From sequence record OZ413487.1: a stretch of DNA of 64,000 nt; one strand, written 5' to 3'. The notes below the pieces were generated by a model, which was given only the letters and a program-made list of their open reading frames with translations, did no database searches and was not told where the DNA came from. Of the stretch, positions 37,007 through 47,934 are shown in pieces. Both the position numbers and the translations under genes were made by a program. Numbering within the stretch: the first letter of the stretch is position 1; every line of letters begins with the position of its first letter. The DNA is from a phage.

Positions 37007-37321
37007 CTACCAGGTTACTGTCAAGTAGGCAACCGTATTATTTTTCTCTGGGGAGATGCCAACAACATCTACCTGCAGACCTCCTGCCCTTAAATCTCCA
37101 ACAATGTGAGGGAAGTAATCTGAGAGATGCGAGGGTAGATTTATCGAAAATCCGCACCCCAGAAAGCCTGCTAACGCTTTATTTTGTATCTCCCCCACAA
37201 TCGCATCATAAATGGAGTTAAGCTCGTCAGGGAGCGTTACAGGACGTTTTAGCGCTAACTGGTGTAATTTGTCCTTAGCACTCATTTTCATTTCAGGTCT
37301 ACCTCTGGAGGTGCCAACCAC
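37007..37321 (-). CDS. hypothetical protein
   Basis: ORF track. Confidence 0.4.
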   Translation of the reverse strand: MVGTSRGRPEMKMSAKDKLHQLALKRPVTLPDELNSIYDAIVGEIQNKALAGFLGCGFSINLPSHLSDYFPHIVGDLRAGGLQVDVVGISPEKNNTVAYLTVTW

Positions 37322-37821
37322 ATAAACGGCGGCAAGTCTAAACGGTTTTTCTTATCCCACACAAAATATGCATATGCTTGCCCGTCAGTTCTGCCGTTTG
37401 ATTGAAATGATGGACGCTTAGATATTGTGATCACAGTAGTAGGTGCATTATCAAGCCACCATTCAAATCTGGCTTTGCTTTCCAGAAAATTAAGACGCAA
37501 AAGCATAATAACTACGTCAGCATCTTTCAACGCCTTGTCTACAAACTCACGAGCCAGGCTGTATGGTGGGTTGGTGATAATACAGTCAACATGGTTGTAT
37601 TCTGTATTCAGATAGTCAACACCTTCTTGTATTTCTCCCCATGCAGATCCTAACGGCATACGGGAGTAGAACACACCTGAGGCACTATTCCTGCAAGGCT
37701 CTAAGTAGGTCCAGTCTTCTGGGAACGGAATAAGGTCATACAGCCCTTCTGCACACCACTCCGGTGTCACATACTCATCGTAGGCGTTACGTTGTTCATC
37801 AGGTTTTCGAGCACAAGTCAT
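37288..37821 (-). CDS. small phage-type N6-adenine DNA methyltransferase
   Basis: Catalytic motif IITNPPY preceded by motif-I-like LEPCRNSASGVF; ~177 aa. Confidence 0.65.
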   Translation of the reverse strand: MTCARKPDEQRNAYDEYVTPEWCAEGLYDLIPFPEDWTYLEPCRNSASGVFYSRMPLGSAWGEIQEGVDYLNTEYNHVDCIITNPPYSLAREFVDKALKDADVVIMLLRLNFLESKARFEWWLDNAPTTVITISKRPSFQSNGRTDGQAYAYFVWDKKNRLDLPPFMWLAPPEVDLK

Positions 37822-37872
37822 GCAAATCTCCAGATCATAAAAGCCCTCCGAAGAGGGCTTTAGAATTAATGT

Positions 37873-38922
37873 TTAAGCTTCTTCGACAATTCCTGCACCC
37901 AGGATTTTTTCATTGAGCTCTTTTGCTGTTTTAATAATATTGTCCACCAGACGCTTGCGAGTCTTATCTTTTACCTTAACCTCTTCACCGCCGTTTAGGG
38001 TTGTCTTCAATTGGGACAAAATGTCTTGAAGTTCAACGACAGAGAATCGCTGCAGATCTTCTGAGGTAATCTCACCTAAGGCAATCTTAACGGTCTCACC
38101 ACTTTCCATCTGCAGGTTCAGGAACACAGTGTGAACATCCCCTTTCGAACCACCCGCTTTTGCAGATTCAACAGCATGAACTAACTCATCTAAAGATGTG
38201 CACTGGTGAATCTCCGGAAGACCTGCTTCACCTAACACGCCTTCTTCATCACCTTTTGCCAGAAGCTTTTTCGGTTTTTGTCCGTTCTGGATGCGTTGTA
38301 TGTTGCCTTCATCCAGAATAATAGCTCCAGTGCGTGCTGCCAGCTCTTCTCCGTCCAACCACACTTCGCCACCAGCTGTGATGGATGCGATCTCATCTTC
38401 TGTCAGCACCCCACCGTAGTATTTTTCGATCAGGCGTTCAAAACGTTTTTTCCAGTAGCTGACCTGAGTATTCATGTTCACACCGTTACCATAAGTGCCA
38501 CCTTGATAGTAGTGGAACATAAACTCTGTGTCCGGAGCCACAGTACGTTCTTTGCAACCCAGCCATAAGATTGTTCCCGCAGAGCAGCACATCCCTTCCG
38601 CATGTGCAACAACGCTTGCCTGAGACTCGCGGAATGCCTGCAGATAAGCCATCGCAATGTGCACGCAACCACCAGGGCTGTTAATGATCACTCGAATGCT
38701 TTCTTCAGGCTGAGCCATACGGATCGTCTGCAGGCGAGACATATGATCCTGCAGGTCTTCCAAATCGTCGATATAAAGAACGTGGTCAACAACAGGTGTT
38801 GGGTAGCTGTATGTTTCCATGATACCGCCCGGCATACCAAACATTTTATTACTCATAGGTTCGAAACCGTTCTGTTTCTCTTTCATGCCGTGTACCATGG
38901 TGCTGCGAGGTGTTAAATTCAT
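37873..38922 (-). CDS. ClpP-family (S14) serine peptidase-like protein
   Basis: INSPGG...EGMCCSAGT...FMFH matches ClpP INSPGG / AASMGA / MIHQP pattern; C-terminal coiled-coil extension. Confidence 0.6.
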   Translation of the reverse strand: MNLTPRSTMVHGMKEKQNGFEPMSNKMFGMPGGIMETYSYPTPVVDHVLYIDDLEDLQDHMSRLQTIRMAQPEESIRVIINSPGGCVHIAMAYLQAFRESQASVVAHAEGMCCSAGTILWLGCKERTVAPDTEFMFHYYQGGTYGNGVNMNTQVSYWKKRFERLIEKYYGGVLTEDEIASITAGGEVWLDGEELAARTGAIILDEGNIQRIQNGQKPKKLLAKGDEEGVLGEAGLPEIHQCTSLDELVHAVESAKAGGSKGDVHTVFLNLQMESGETVKIALGEITSEDLQRFSVVELQDILSQLKTTLNGGEEVKVKDKTRKRLVDNIIKTAKELNEKILGAGIVEEA

Positions 38923-38982
38923 GAGAAATCCTTAATATTGGAAGTTGAAAGCTATTTATTTAAACCTGATTCACATTTACCT

Positions 38983-39294
38983 TTATTTAGCAATCACTAT
39001 GGAATACTTACGATTGTCAGAAGCATCACAGCTCAATGATTGCCAGTCTACCACATACCACGTATCATTGTCAACAATTACTTTATCGCCTGTTCTGTAG
39101 CAAGTGCTGCTTTCAATAATTCGAGACTCGATAAAGAATCTGTGTCGGCGCTCACGTAGCAACGCTAAGTTAATTATATTACCACCGCTGTCCTTGGTCC
39201 ACACATTCTTGGATCCCTTATTTGCCAAAATTGTCTCGCCGTTATAGACAAACAGGCAGTATATTTTATTCAGTTTCTCTTGTATTGTAGCCAT
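38983..39294 (-). CDS. hypothetical protein
   Basis: ORF track. Confidence 0.4.
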   Translation of the reverse strand: MATIQEKLNKIYCLFVYNGETILANKGSKNVWTKDSGGNIINLALLRERRHRFFIESRIIESSTCYRTGDKVIVDNDTWYVVDWQSLSCDASDNRKYSIVIAK

Positions 39295-39395
39295 ACTGTC
39301 CTTCTCTCTGTTTTGTCCGATAATAATATCTAAAGCTTACCTATTTGTCAACAACTGTTTTAGATATTTAAGGGTGGAATAACCACCCTTCTGTA

Positions 39396-40184
39396 TTACT
39401 CGGAAACAGGGGTCCAAATATGATTTGCACGATCCTCAATAAGATTGAGTGCGATCTGACGACCCAACCCAGAACGAACGACATCGTCTGGACTATCAAA
39501 GCTGATCATTCCAACCTCAGGATCTGGATGACGAGTAAAGAAATCCGTCACCCATGCAAGGCCAGATTTACCAGGGATGTCACGTTGGCTATTATCACCC
39601 ATAATTACAAGGGTGGCTTGATCAGAGATCCTTGTGATAATTGACAACATTTCTTCAGGGTTAGTTTGCTGTGCCTCGTCAATCAGGACAAAGCATCGCT
39701 CATCGAAACTACGACCACGAATGCTTTCAACTTCACAAATCTCGATACGACTGTTCTGACCGTCTCCCAGCATTGCGGCAAAAGCACCTTTGCCAACACG
39801 ACGACAAATCGTGTCCATCATGCTTCGAAGATAGGGCCACAGTTTCTGCATTGCATTTCCGGGTTTAAATCCTGAAGTCTTTCCTGTCTGGACGTAAGGA
39901 CGTGCAACAATGATCTTATCAATCTCATTCTTACGCAGAAGATCACCTGCATATGCAGATGCCATGAATGTCTTACCGGATCCAAACACACCGTTTACAA
40001 TAATAATCTTACGTGACCCTAGATAATCAAGATACTTTTGCTGCTTTTTATTCATTGGTCGGAGAGCTGGAGCGGTGTGCTCTCGTTCGTCAGCAAATTT
40101 CTCAGCAGCCTTACGCAGGCGATCAGATTTGCGAGCCTCTCTAGCTTCATCACGCATGCGTTTTGTTTCTTTAGCTCGACCCAT
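39396..40184 (-). CDS. phoH: PhoH-like ATPase
   Basis: Walker A GVFGSGKTF; Walker B VLIDEAQQ; PhoH-type length. Confidence 0.85.
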   Translation of the reverse strand: MGRAKETKRMRDEAREARKSDRLRKAAEKFADEREHTAPALRPMNKKQQKYLDYLGSRKIIIVNGVFGSGKTFMASAYAGDLLRKNEIDKIIVARPYVQTGKTSGFKPGNAMQKLWPYLRSMMDTICRRVGKGAFAAMLGDGQNSRIEICEVESIRGRSFDERCFVLIDEAQQTNPEEMLSIITRISDQATLVIMGDNSQRDIPGKSGLAWVTDFFTRHPDPEVGMISFDSPDDVVRSGLGRQIALNLIEDRANHIWTPVSE

Positions 40185-40222
40185 GTTGGGACTCCTTTCA
40201 GATTGAGATGTGCCAAGTACTT

Positions 40223-40573
40223 TTACTGCAACAGTTTTTCAATAGCCGCTTCCATGCTGCTTGCAACAGCCTGAACTCGGATATTCATCTCTTCTTGGTG
40301 GATCAGCTCCTTAAGCTCTTTAATGGTAAATTCTTTAGAGAAACCTTCCACCATAATCTTGTGCAAGGCTTCTTGCGTGTCTACTTGCAAGAACTTTTCC
40401 AGTTTGTTGGCAGAGGCTTCTAAATCAGCCCGAATACGAGGGTCATCTGTGCGATTCAGCATTAGGCGTAAGCCATCAAGATTAGTAGAAATAGCGTCTG
40501 CATGTTGAGTAACTAACCGTGGCAAAATGAGATCTACAAACTTATTAGCCAAATCGATACGTTCTTGTGTCAC
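40223..40573 (-). CDS. hypothetical protein
   Basis: ORF track. Confidence 0.4.
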   Translation of the reverse strand: MTQERIDLANKFVDLILPRLVTQHADAISTNLDGLRLMLNRTDDPRIRADLEASANKLEKFLQVDTQEALHKIMVEGFSKEFTIKELKELIHQEEMNIRVQAVASSMEAAIEKLLQ

Positions 40574-40745
40574 TGTTGCACCCCCTCTTCATCCTCATGA
40601 TATTTCTTTTCACGCTTGTGTTTTTTCTTAAGCTCAAGCGCAATCTCTTTTTTGTACGCCTTCTTCAAGGCTTTTTTAGCCATTTGGCACCTCCTCTGCT
40701 CTCATTACGCTAATTATAACCAACTTAACAAAGCTTTGTCAACGA

Positions 40746-41219
40746 TTAGTCAACCTGAACCCAACCATCTGCTACCTTTTTAAACATTCTTTGGTTATCA
40801 CTACCTCTGAATGGTTTTTTGGTGGGGTTATCTTTTTCGTACTTACCATCCATAATGTAATCGACACTATCTTTAATATAATCTGGGACTTCTTCAAACA
40901 AATACCCTGTGTACACCCAGATAGTTTTTGTGTTGCCGAAGCGTTCACGGATAGCGAGAATGATCGAGTACATACCATCGATATTGTAAGGCGCTAAAGG
41001 TTCGCCACCACACAATGTAACTCCGGTAATATGTTTCGGCTCTATAGAGTGAAGTATACTCTCAATTGTGTCATTTGTTAACGGTTCCCCTTTAGCGGGT
41101 GACCAAACACTTTTGTTTTGGCAACCAACACAGTGATGTGGACAACCAGAACAGAACACCGTTGTCCTAATGCCTGGGCCGTCAACCATGCTACACTCTA
41201 TAATATTAACAACATTCAT
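40746..41219 (-). CDS. nrdG: anaerobic ribonucleotide reductase activating protein (radical SAM)
   Basis: Cys cluster CSGCPHHCVGC; size and position next to nrdD. Confidence 0.8.
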   Translation of the reverse strand: MNVVNIIECSMVDGPGIRTTVFCSGCPHHCVGCQNKSVWSPAKGEPLTNDTIESILHSIEPKHITGVTLCGGEPLAPYNIDGMYSIILAIRERFGNTKTIWVYTGYLFEEVPDYIKDSVDYIMDGKYEKDNPTKKPFRGSDNQRMFKKVADGWVQVD

Positions 41220-41452
41220 TCCTTACCCTCTTTGAGGTAGGGATATTCAGGCCCACAATAAGCTCTATCTAAGAAAACAGCTTCTTCCCCTCTGGAATCA
41301 GTAGATCTATAATACCCATCACCCTGGTAACTAACGAACCAGTAGCACCCATCATCGCTTTCTACTGTTGTGGCTCTGTCCGAATGAAAGATAATTTCGT
41401 AATCCTTGCCGAATGTAAACCATCTGTTAGCTTTTACACAGACACCTACCAT
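41216..41452 (-). CDS. hypothetical protein
   Basis: ORF track; 4-nt overlap with nrdG. Confidence 0.4.
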   Translation of the reverse strand: MVGVCVKANRWFTFGKDYEIIFHSDRATTVESDDGCYWFVSYQGDGYYRSTDSRGEEAVFLDRAYCGPEYPYLKEGKE

Positions 41453-41783
41453 AAGGAACCTCTCTTCTGTGGTGTGCTTCTATTCAAGATAAACTTATAA
41501 AAGTCCATTTGATGAAGCCGTATAACTTTTTATACTTACGCTTCAGTGCTAACAATTTTATCTTGAGTTTCTTGATAGATTTCCGCATTTCGACCCCTTA
41601 TGCTTATAAGTACTCTGCATCGCATTCAGGACAATGCCAAATAAAATCGTCCAGTGCCTTGCACCAACGAAGATTGCAACGACAACCACACTTGCAAATT
41701 TTATAAATACCTTTAGACATACTGTACCTCCTAGCTCACTGTGTGTCAATAATATGCCACATCCTTGTGGCTTTTGTCAAGTA

Positions 41784-43907
41784 TCAGCAAATACAACTTC
41801 CATAGTGCTTAACTCGCTCGATAACTTCCGCTTGCTTACCTTTATTGTAAGGACGGGAGTTAGGACTGGAAAGGTATCCAGACACACGTCGAATTACACT
41901 GATCGTTCCCTCTTCATGGTTTCCACACTCTGGGCATACAAAGCCTTTAGCTGTTGCACTGAACTCACCAGAGAAACCACACTTGAGACATTTATCCACA
42001 GGTTGGTTAATACCAAAATACATAATATGTTTATATCCGAAATCAACAAGAGTTTCCAAAGCATCTAAGTTGTTTTTCAGATTTGGTGTCTCTACGTATC
42101 CGATGTTGCCACCAGAGGAGATCATAGCAAAACCTTCCTCATACTCCCACTTATCAAAAGGAGAGCTACTGATCCATACTGGCTGATGGAAACTGTTGGT
42201 GAGATATTCATGCTCGTGCTTCAACACTTCCGGATATTCACGATCCAGACAGGTTGCAGCTTTATAGCATAGACTTTCAGAAGGGGTGCCGTACAAGCTA
42301 AATGCTAGTCTACTTTCCTTCTTGTATCTCTCACAAGCATCTCTCATGTGCTGAAGGATTCCAAGAGCTAAAGCCTTGTCACCCTCTCTGCCCAAAATCT
42401 TACAGGTTTCATACACACCAATATACCCAATACTGATGGAAGCGTACCCGTCATAGAAGAGTTTATCAATACTCTCTTCAGGATCCAGGCGAGCAAGAGC
42501 GCCTTCACACCACATGATAGGGTTCTGCCCTGCCTTGGTGCCTTTCAGACGGTTAACCCTTACAAGGTGAGCTTCATATGCCAAATCCAGATACTCGTCA
42601 AGAACGGCAAAGAAATCAACACCTTCCGTCTTAGCTTTTGCCGCAATCATTGGTAGGTTAAGGCTAACAACACCCAAGTTGAATCTGCCGAGGTATTTCT
42701 CCTCACCTGTTTCCAAGTCATTGTATTTGCTAAGAAAACTCCGGCAACCCATACTCGTTACTTTGCCATCTGTCGAGCCTGTCACTTTACGATTTAGTGG
42801 AACAGAAACAAAGTCAGGATAAATCCGCTCTGCAGAGCATTCCAGAGCTAATCGTTTCAAATCATAGTTGGGATCTCCAGGGTTCATGTTGACACCCTCT
42901 TCTAGGAAGAACAGCACTTTAGGGAACACAGGTGTGATACGTTCTTCACCAAGACCCATTTTGTGGACTTTCAAGTAGTTTTTGGTAATCATTCTACCAA
43001 AGACTGAGGTGTCCAAACCTAAACTCAATGTGATGAATGGAGTTTGCCCGTTGACAGAAGTTAACGTATTGATTTGATAGAGCAAAGTCTGCATGCTGTC
43101 AAATACGTCTTTATCTGTCATTTGCATTGCAACAGTCTCAGCATCTGGCAACCAATGTTCCTGGCAAAATTTAAGGTTCTTCTCATAAGTCGCCTCAACA
43201 TACTGTGCCAAATAATGGTCAATATGGCTCATAGTCTGACCCCCATATTGAGCACTAGCTACTGCACTAGAGATTTGGCTAAGGATTGTTGTTGCAACCC
43301 CTATTGACTTCGGCTTACTGACATGGGCGTTACCAATGTTGAATCCGTTTTCCAACATATCTGGATAATTTACCAAACAACAGTTTGTTAACGGACTGAT
43401 CAAGTAGTCAAGATCATGCACATGGATGAAGCCTTTATTGTGCTCTTCTGAGACACGGTCTGGCAGGATCTGTGTTGATGCAAGGTGTTTGCTAAGGATG
43501 CCTGCAAGCAGGTCACGATGAGTGTGTACATGATTGGTAGGCTTATTTGCGTTTTCTTTTGTAAATTCATCACAAGTTCGATCCAAGAAGCCACTAATAT
43601 CTGCAAGCAGTTTTCCACCTGCCTCTCTGTTATTATCTCTTGTCTGTCTATACTGGATGTATTCTCTGGCTGCACATTTTAAACCCATATCCATAAGAGC
43701 ATCTTCAACAAGGATATGGATATTTTTTACAGAGATCGTGCACTGGTCGGTTGGTAGATTGTTAGCAACAACTTCATTAACCGCACAAGCGATCCGGTAA
43801 GCTTCTTCTTCAGTATGTCCAGACTCAAGTAAGGCGGACTCTGCCGCCTTGATCACCTTAATTCCGTTATAGACCTCTTCTCTACCGTCCCGTTTTACAA
43901 CTTTCAC
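41784..43907 (-). CDS. nrdD: anaerobic ribonucleoside-triphosphate reductase
   Basis: N-terminal ATP-cone; C-terminal glycyl-radical motif RVSGYL; zinc ribbon CLKC...CPEC. Confidence 0.9.
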   Translation of the reverse strand: MKVVKRDGREEVYNGIKVIKAAESALLESGHTEEEAYRIACAVNEVVANNLPTDQCTISVKNIHILVEDALMDMGLKCAAREYIQYRQTRDNNREAGGKLLADISGFLDRTCDEFTKENANKPTNHVHTHRDLLAGILSKHLASTQILPDRVSEEHNKGFIHVHDLDYLISPLTNCCLVNYPDMLENGFNIGNAHVSKPKSIGVATTILSQISSAVASAQYGGQTMSHIDHYLAQYVEATYEKNLKFCQEHWLPDAETVAMQMTDKDVFDSMQTLLYQINTLTSVNGQTPFITLSLGLDTSVFGRMITKNYLKVHKMGLGEERITPVFPKVLFFLEEGVNMNPGDPNYDLKRLALECSAERIYPDFVSVPLNRKVTGSTDGKVTSMGCRSFLSKYNDLETGEEKYLGRFNLGVVSLNLPMIAAKAKTEGVDFFAVLDEYLDLAYEAHLVRVNRLKGTKAGQNPIMWCEGALARLDPEESIDKLFYDGYASISIGYIGVYETCKILGREGDKALALGILQHMRDACERYKKESRLAFSLYGTPSESLCYKAATCLDREYPEVLKHEHEYLTNSFHQPVWISSSPFDKWEYEEGFAMISSGGNIGYVETPNLKNNLDALETLVDFGYKHIMYFGINQPVDKCLKCGFSGEFSATAKGFVCPECGNHEEGTISVIRRVSGYLSSPNSRPYNKGKQAEVIERVKHYGSCIC

Positions 43908-44182
43908 TTTTTCTCTCCAAAACCATTCTTAACAAAAGAGATGAAATCGTCGGCACCGCCTATATGGACACTTTCAAGATTGCTTTCTAAGAAGATCTGC
44001 GGCAACGTTCTGGGTACGATTGGACTGCACTTCTCAATAAGCTCTTCTTTTGTGTAACCCTCGCCAAGTGTCTTATATACAAAAGGCAGACCTTTACTGA
44101 CTGCAAATTCTTTTGCTCTTACACAATGTGGGCAGTTATCTTTACCGTAAATAATAAAGAAAAAAGATTTTTCACAGCTCAT
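43904..44182 (-). CDS. glutaredoxin-like protein
   Basis: Active-site CPHC; ~92 aa; between nrdB and nrdD. Confidence 0.7.
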   Translation of the reverse strand: MSCEKSFFFIIYGKDNCPHCVRAKEFAVSKGLPFVYKTLGEGYTKEELIEKCSPIVPRTLPQIFLESNLESVHIGGADDFISFVKNGFGEKK

Positions 44183-44185
44183 GTA

Positions 44186-45274
44186 TTAAAACTCCCAAAT
44201 TTCTTCTTCAGCGTCATTAACAGTTGTGTTGACGCGGTAGTCAGTGTTCGACATTTCTTGGTTCGCCGTCTGTTGCAATGAAGGTTTCATCCACACCTGC
44301 ATAAACGGTAGAGGGTCCTTTGTTGGCGGCACAAAGTCTTTGTCGATGCCGTAGTAATCATAAATCGGTGAGCAGTTATAGTCAACCCATTCTTTAAGCA
44401 ACGGTGAGTTAAGACCTATAATCGCTCTTCCTTCGCTGAAAATATAGTCACTCCAACCGTACTCTTTGGTTCGTACTTCATCAAGAATCTCTTTTAACTC
44501 CCCTTTTATCTCAAGGAAGCTTTTCTCCCATGCCGGATCATTAAGCAGGATATCAATGATGGCAAAATCACCTTTCGAGTGTAGCATTTCGTCAAGCATG
44601 ATTTTTTGAACAAGCTGCGCCACCTGAACAAAAATACCCTGTTCAGCTACTGCGAAAGTGCATGCAAAACTTGCAATAAACTCAATACTTTCCAGGGCTA
44701 AAAGTGCAAAAAGCGCTCTAAGAATGCATTTCCGCACAATATCTTCTTCAACACTAGAAGGATCCAGTCGGTATTTTGCACCAATAACCTCAAGCTCTTG
44801 CATGTATTTGACAATAACGCCAGATCTGCTCAGAACGTTTTGGTTTTCCTGAATCTCTTCTATAATCTCACGGGCATTGGGGAGGCATTGTCTAACAATC
44901 TCTGAGTAAGTTAGTGCGTGAAGAACTTCAATCTCTGACTGTTTCATCAATAGAGTGAAAAGCTCACTATTAGTGATGAATGGTGAAAAGAGGCAGATGA
45001 TCGATCTTGCCGCAACGCTATCAGCCTCCCATTGCCACATCAAGGTCTGCACCATCACGTCATAAGTTGACTTGGAGCATGTTACAAAATCTGAAATAGA
45101 TTGCGACAAATCCACTTCATCCTCTGCCCAATCTTGCTCTTTTTGTTTTTTGTATAGTTCAAACAGTTGTGGATATTTTTTGTTGATAGAGTCATACATA
45201 CCCATTTGCTGTCCTAGAAACAGCGGATAGTCACCAGTTTTATGAGCGGTGTTCTCAGCATTAAATACAGCCAT
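44186..45274 (-). CDS. nrdB: ribonucleotide reductase class Ia beta subunit
   Basis: Ferritin-like helices; 362 aa; directly downstream of nrdA. Confidence 0.85.
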   Translation of the reverse strand: MAVFNAENTAHKTGDYPLFLGQQMGMYDSINKKYPQLFELYKKQKEQDWAEDEVDLSQSISDFVTCSKSTYDVMVQTLMWQWEADSVAARSIICLFSPFITNSELFTLLMKQSEIEVLHALTYSEIVRQCLPNAREIIEEIQENQNVLSRSGVIVKYMQELEVIGAKYRLDPSSVEEDIVRKCILRALFALLALESIEFIASFACTFAVAEQGIFVQVAQLVQKIMLDEMLHSKGDFAIIDILLNDPAWEKSFLEIKGELKEILDEVRTKEYGWSDYIFSEGRAIIGLNSPLLKEWVDYNCSPIYDYYGIDKDFVPPTKDPLPFMQVWMKPSLQQTANQEMSNTDYRVNTTVNDAEEEIWEF

Positions 45275-45313
45275 TATTCTAACCTCTAAAATGGGGCCGA
45301 AGCCCCTTTAAAA

Positions 45314-47629
45314 TTATAGTGCACAACTTTCGCAATACGGATCTTCAACCGAACTATCTGCAATCAAAGGGTAGTTCTTTCTGGTTTCATCTTCAGCCTG
45401 TTTCTTGGCATGAAGTTCCTCTGCCAATGAGTCACCAGCACCAACCCTGGAGTTTAAATAATACCATGTCTTCATCCCGAATTTAGTGGCACGGATAAGG
45501 TACCCTAGCTGCTCCTTCATTGAAATTTTACCATCTTTCAACTTGGTGTAGTCTATGTATAAATCCGCGCTGATTGCCTGACCTGTAAATTTTTGAATCA
45601 CAGCATACATATCGATCATGTCGTTAGTATCAACGTCCCAAGCCGAGGTGTAATACTCTTTCAACTCATCATAGTCAGGAACGATAAACAGCACCTGCCC
45701 TTGTGGCGACTTTTTAAAGATAATGTGCTCACGGACAGGATAAACCCCGTTAGTGGTGTTTGTTGCCAGCGAAGAGCTTTCATTAGGCATATATGCTTCA
45801 AGAACGCTATTACGTAGCCCACCATTTTCAATGATTTCTTTACGTAACCCTTCCCAATCCTGTTTAAGAGAAGGATCTTTCACCACGCTATCGACCTCTT
45901 TGTTATAGGTGTCGATTGGTAACCAACCTTCTGGATATTTTGTTTTATGCATCCACTCGCAGACACCACGCTCTTTTGCCAACCGTAAACTTGCCTTATG
46001 CAAGCTGTAGCTGTGAAGTTCTGCAAGATCGTGAACAAGCTGTTTACTTTCAGGAGATCCGTAAGTAACCTTGTGGCTGGCAATAAAATGTGCAACATTG
46101 GTAAGGCCAACCCCGATGGATCTGCGTTTTTTAACTGTGCTTTCCATATTTTCATACGGATATGTCATGATTTCCATAACATTGTCAATCATAAGCACCG
46201 TGTAGTATGCAACATCCTCATACTCCTCTGGAGTAACCCTTCCAGCTACAAGAGATGACAGGAAGCACAATGCAACCTCTCCATCATCAGCATCGTACTT
46301 GAAGATATTACGCATATCTGAATAGCCTTTTGTAGGGAGGGCTATTTCTGCACACAGGTTACTTGAATAGATCACATCTTTAAAAGGTGTATGTCTATTC
46401 ATCTCATCTGTCCAGTATACATACAGCCTTCCCACCTCAGTACGCTGCGTGATCAGTTCAACAGCAAGATCTCTGGCTCGGATCCATGTTTTAGGAATAC
46501 TGTCATCTTTAGCAATACGATCAACCTCTGCATCAAACTCCTCCATAGACATGGTGAAGATACCCTCATGCAGTTGAGGAGCGTGCTTATAAGAAACAAG
46601 CATCCAATCTAAATTCTTAGCCACACGGTTGATAAACGACCTATTAATACCGATGGAGTAGTCCATGGTGTTGATTCTTTTTGAAGCAACAGTCATAGGG
46701 TTTCTCAAGCGGATTAGCTCATCAATCTGCGGGTCTAGTGCAAGGAATGATACTGTTGCAGAACCGCCACGTGATTGTTGTCTGTTCTCCTTAACACCAG
46801 CATCAATACCTCGATAATATGGAATCTTACCCATGTGTTTAATAGTGTTACCGCGAACACCATCACCTGCAGATCTTGATGATAAATAGTAGCCGATACC
46901 TGCTTGGTTAACCGTCATTGTGTACGCAACTTCACGTGCCACACCAATAGATTTTGCTGTATCGTCAGCTTTTATTACACAACAAGATGCATACCCTGTC
47001 TTACCTGTGCGCAGCCCGTTTAAGTACGGTGTCGGGGCATTGATCTTTAAGTCGGACAGATAAGTGTATAATTTTACAACATCGTTGATACGACGTTCTT
47101 TTGGCATATTCTTCATGACAGCCATTGCTATCCCCATAAACATCATCTGGGGAGATTCAAACAAGGTGTCTTTAAGAGTATCCTTGATCCCGTATTTGTC
47201 GCGAAACTGTTTAAGGACTGCATAGCCATAACCGAGATCTTTACTGTGGTCAATAACAGCGTCTAAAGTGTTTAGCTCGGTAAAGCTATATCCCATATCC
47301 TCCCAATACCCTTTCTCAACCATGTCGTTGTAAAATGATGGTAAGGAAGGGATCTTTGTAAACCCTCCAAAAGCCTCTTTATAAATCTGACCAATAAGAA
47401 CACGACCAGCCATACGGGAATGTGCTTCGTCTTTACGGCTAACACAGGAGTCTATGATAGCTTGGTTAACTTCTTTGGTTGTACATCCATCATACAGTCG
47501 TTTGTATGCATCCAGTGCAATATGTGACCAATTGCCGTTACCGTCGTCACCGAAAATAGCTGCCTTATTTAAACGTTCTGGATCGAATGCCACTTCACAT
47601 CCGTTGCTTTTAATTACCTTGGTGATCAA
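45314..47629 (-). CDS. nrdA: ribonucleotide reductase class Ia alpha subunit
   Basis: ATP-cone N-terminus; active-site SNLCAEIALP; C-terminal redox Cys pair CESCAL. Confidence 0.9.
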   Translation of the reverse strand: MITKVIKSNGCEVAFDPERLNKAAIFGDDGNGNWSHIALDAYKRLYDGCTTKEVNQAIIDSCVSRKDEAHSRMAGRVLIGQIYKEAFGGFTKIPSLPSFYNDMVEKGYWEDMGYSFTELNTLDAVIDHSKDLGYGYAVLKQFRDKYGIKDTLKDTLFESPQMMFMGIAMAVMKNMPKERRINDVVKLYTYLSDLKINAPTPYLNGLRTGKTGYASCCVIKADDTAKSIGVAREVAYTMTVNQAGIGYYLSSRSAGDGVRGNTIKHMGKIPYYRGIDAGVKENRQQSRGGSATVSFLALDPQIDELIRLRNPMTVASKRINTMDYSIGINRSFINRVAKNLDWMLVSYKHAPQLHEGIFTMSMEEFDAEVDRIAKDDSIPKTWIRARDLAVELITQRTEVGRLYVYWTDEMNRHTPFKDVIYSSNLCAEIALPTKGYSDMRNIFKYDADDGEVALCFLSSLVAGRVTPEEYEDVAYYTVLMIDNVMEIMTYPYENMESTVKKRRSIGVGLTNVAHFIASHKVTYGSPESKQLVHDLAELHSYSLHKASLRLAKERGVCEWMHKTKYPEGWLPIDTYNKEVDSVVKDPSLKQDWEGLRKEIIENGGLRNSVLEAYMPNESSSLATNTTNGVYPVREHIIFKKSPQGQVLFIVPDYDELKEYYTSAWDVDTNDMIDMYAVIQKFTGQAISADLYIDYTKLKDGKISMKEQLGYLIRATKFGMKTWYYLNSRVGAGDSLAEELHAKKQAEDETRKNYPLIADSSVEDPYCESCAL

Positions 47630-47934
47630 TTTGCTTCCTCCACTTCATCAACGTATTTATCAAGGCAGGTATCAGTATCTTGCTGGATAAAGGTATCCTC
47701 TTCTACAGAGATATTTATAATTTTGCCTGTATACTCGTCATAATAAACATCATCATACATTTTAATATCGTTTGTCAGGCCGTTGAACCAAAGCCAACCA
47801 ACATACTCTGACCGACTTGCAAAACCAAGATCCTTCCACTTGGAGTTATGACTCATCTTCACCACCTTAGCTTTCAATACCGAATAATTTTTCCAGGCGA
47901 TGCAGATCTTCAAAATTGAAAGGTTCATCAACAA
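47626..47934 (-). CDS. hypothetical protein
   Basis: ORF track; start may be an internal Met. Confidence 0.35.
   Translation of the reverse strand: MLMNLSILKICIAWKNYSVLKAKVVKMSHNSKWKDLGFASRSEYVGWLWFNGLTNDIKMYDDVYYDEYTGKIINISVEEDTFIQQDTDTCLDKYVDEVEEAN

Noticed and set aside
38278-38916. ORFs on the + strand opposite the ClpP-like gene (38278..38568, 38602..38916)
   Set aside because: Antisense to a motif-supported gene, Cys/His-rich low-complexity translation; shadow ORFs.
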